The notes below the pieces were generated by a model, which worked only from the letters and a program-made list of their open reading frames with translations, did not search any database and was not told the DNA's origin. Of a DNA stretch of 35,773 nt, positions 35,607 through 35,773 are shown piece by piece (the stretch's first letter is position 1; each line of letters opens with the position of its first letter). Source of the stretch: a plasmid; sequence record NZ_CP138856.1. One strand, given 5' to 3'. The translations under genes were made by a program, and so were the position numbers.

Positions 35607-35773
35607 TACGTAACCGCAGGTAAAAGGCATATTTTTCGCGTGTCATGGCTAGTAAATAACACCGGTGTCATTTAGAGTCGGTGAAAGACAGTTAAAAAAC
35701 GAAGAAAGTCACCGGGCGGCAACCCGATGACTTTCGCTTATCACCCAGCACACACCTGGGAGAAACCACGGTT

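Noticed and set aside
1-35773. CRISPR arrays, tRNA or rRNA genes
   Set aside because: No regularly spaced short direct repeats with unique spacers and no cloverleaf-like or rRNA-like segments were seen. The direct repeats present are the 42-bp-period iterons and the large duplication.

Overview
The window looks like a composite, probably circular, resistance plasmid of Corynebacterium type; it opens on the rep start codon and a ribosome-binding site lies at the very end of the window.

Backbone, at roughly 50-58% GC:
- rep initiator (1..1443) with a terminator hairpin.
- Two small hypothetical genes on the minus strand.
- A tightly coupled tetR, smr, smr operon encoding a paired small-multidrug-resistance efflux pump.
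- A serine resolvase and a small three-helix membrane protein.
- A hicA/hicB toxin-antitoxin pair flanked by unusual ~90-bp repeats.
- A MobF-type relaxase/helicase, TraA (~1118 aa), with a candidate oriT upstream.
- A ribbon-helix-helix gene with inverted 15-bp palindromes.
- At the far end, a small parA-parG partition pair with centromere-like repeats, iterons and hairpins that probably form the origin and rep promoter region.

Foreign segments:
- A ~6.4-kb block of about 70% GC carries a membrane protein, a lipoprotein, a divergent NarL-type two-component system whose kinase is frameshifted and carries an odd C-terminal extension, a BcrC-like PAP2 phosphatase, and an ABC ATPase with an ABC-2 permease.
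- An IS26-like element of the IS6 family sits next to a Tn903-type aph(3')-Ia kanamycin-resistance gene, arranged as in Tn4352.

The most striking structure is a tandem direct duplication of a ~15.2-kb unit (3004..18236 and 18237..33473). Its junction fuses a 28-bp IS end remnant to the interior of an smr gene. The two copies differ by one synonymous SNP, a 1-bp indel at the response-regulator stop codon, and a 2-bp indel that frameshifts the ABC ATPase in copy 1 only. A third IS copy, a truncated homologue of the ribbon-helix-helix gene and par-site repeats follow copy 2.
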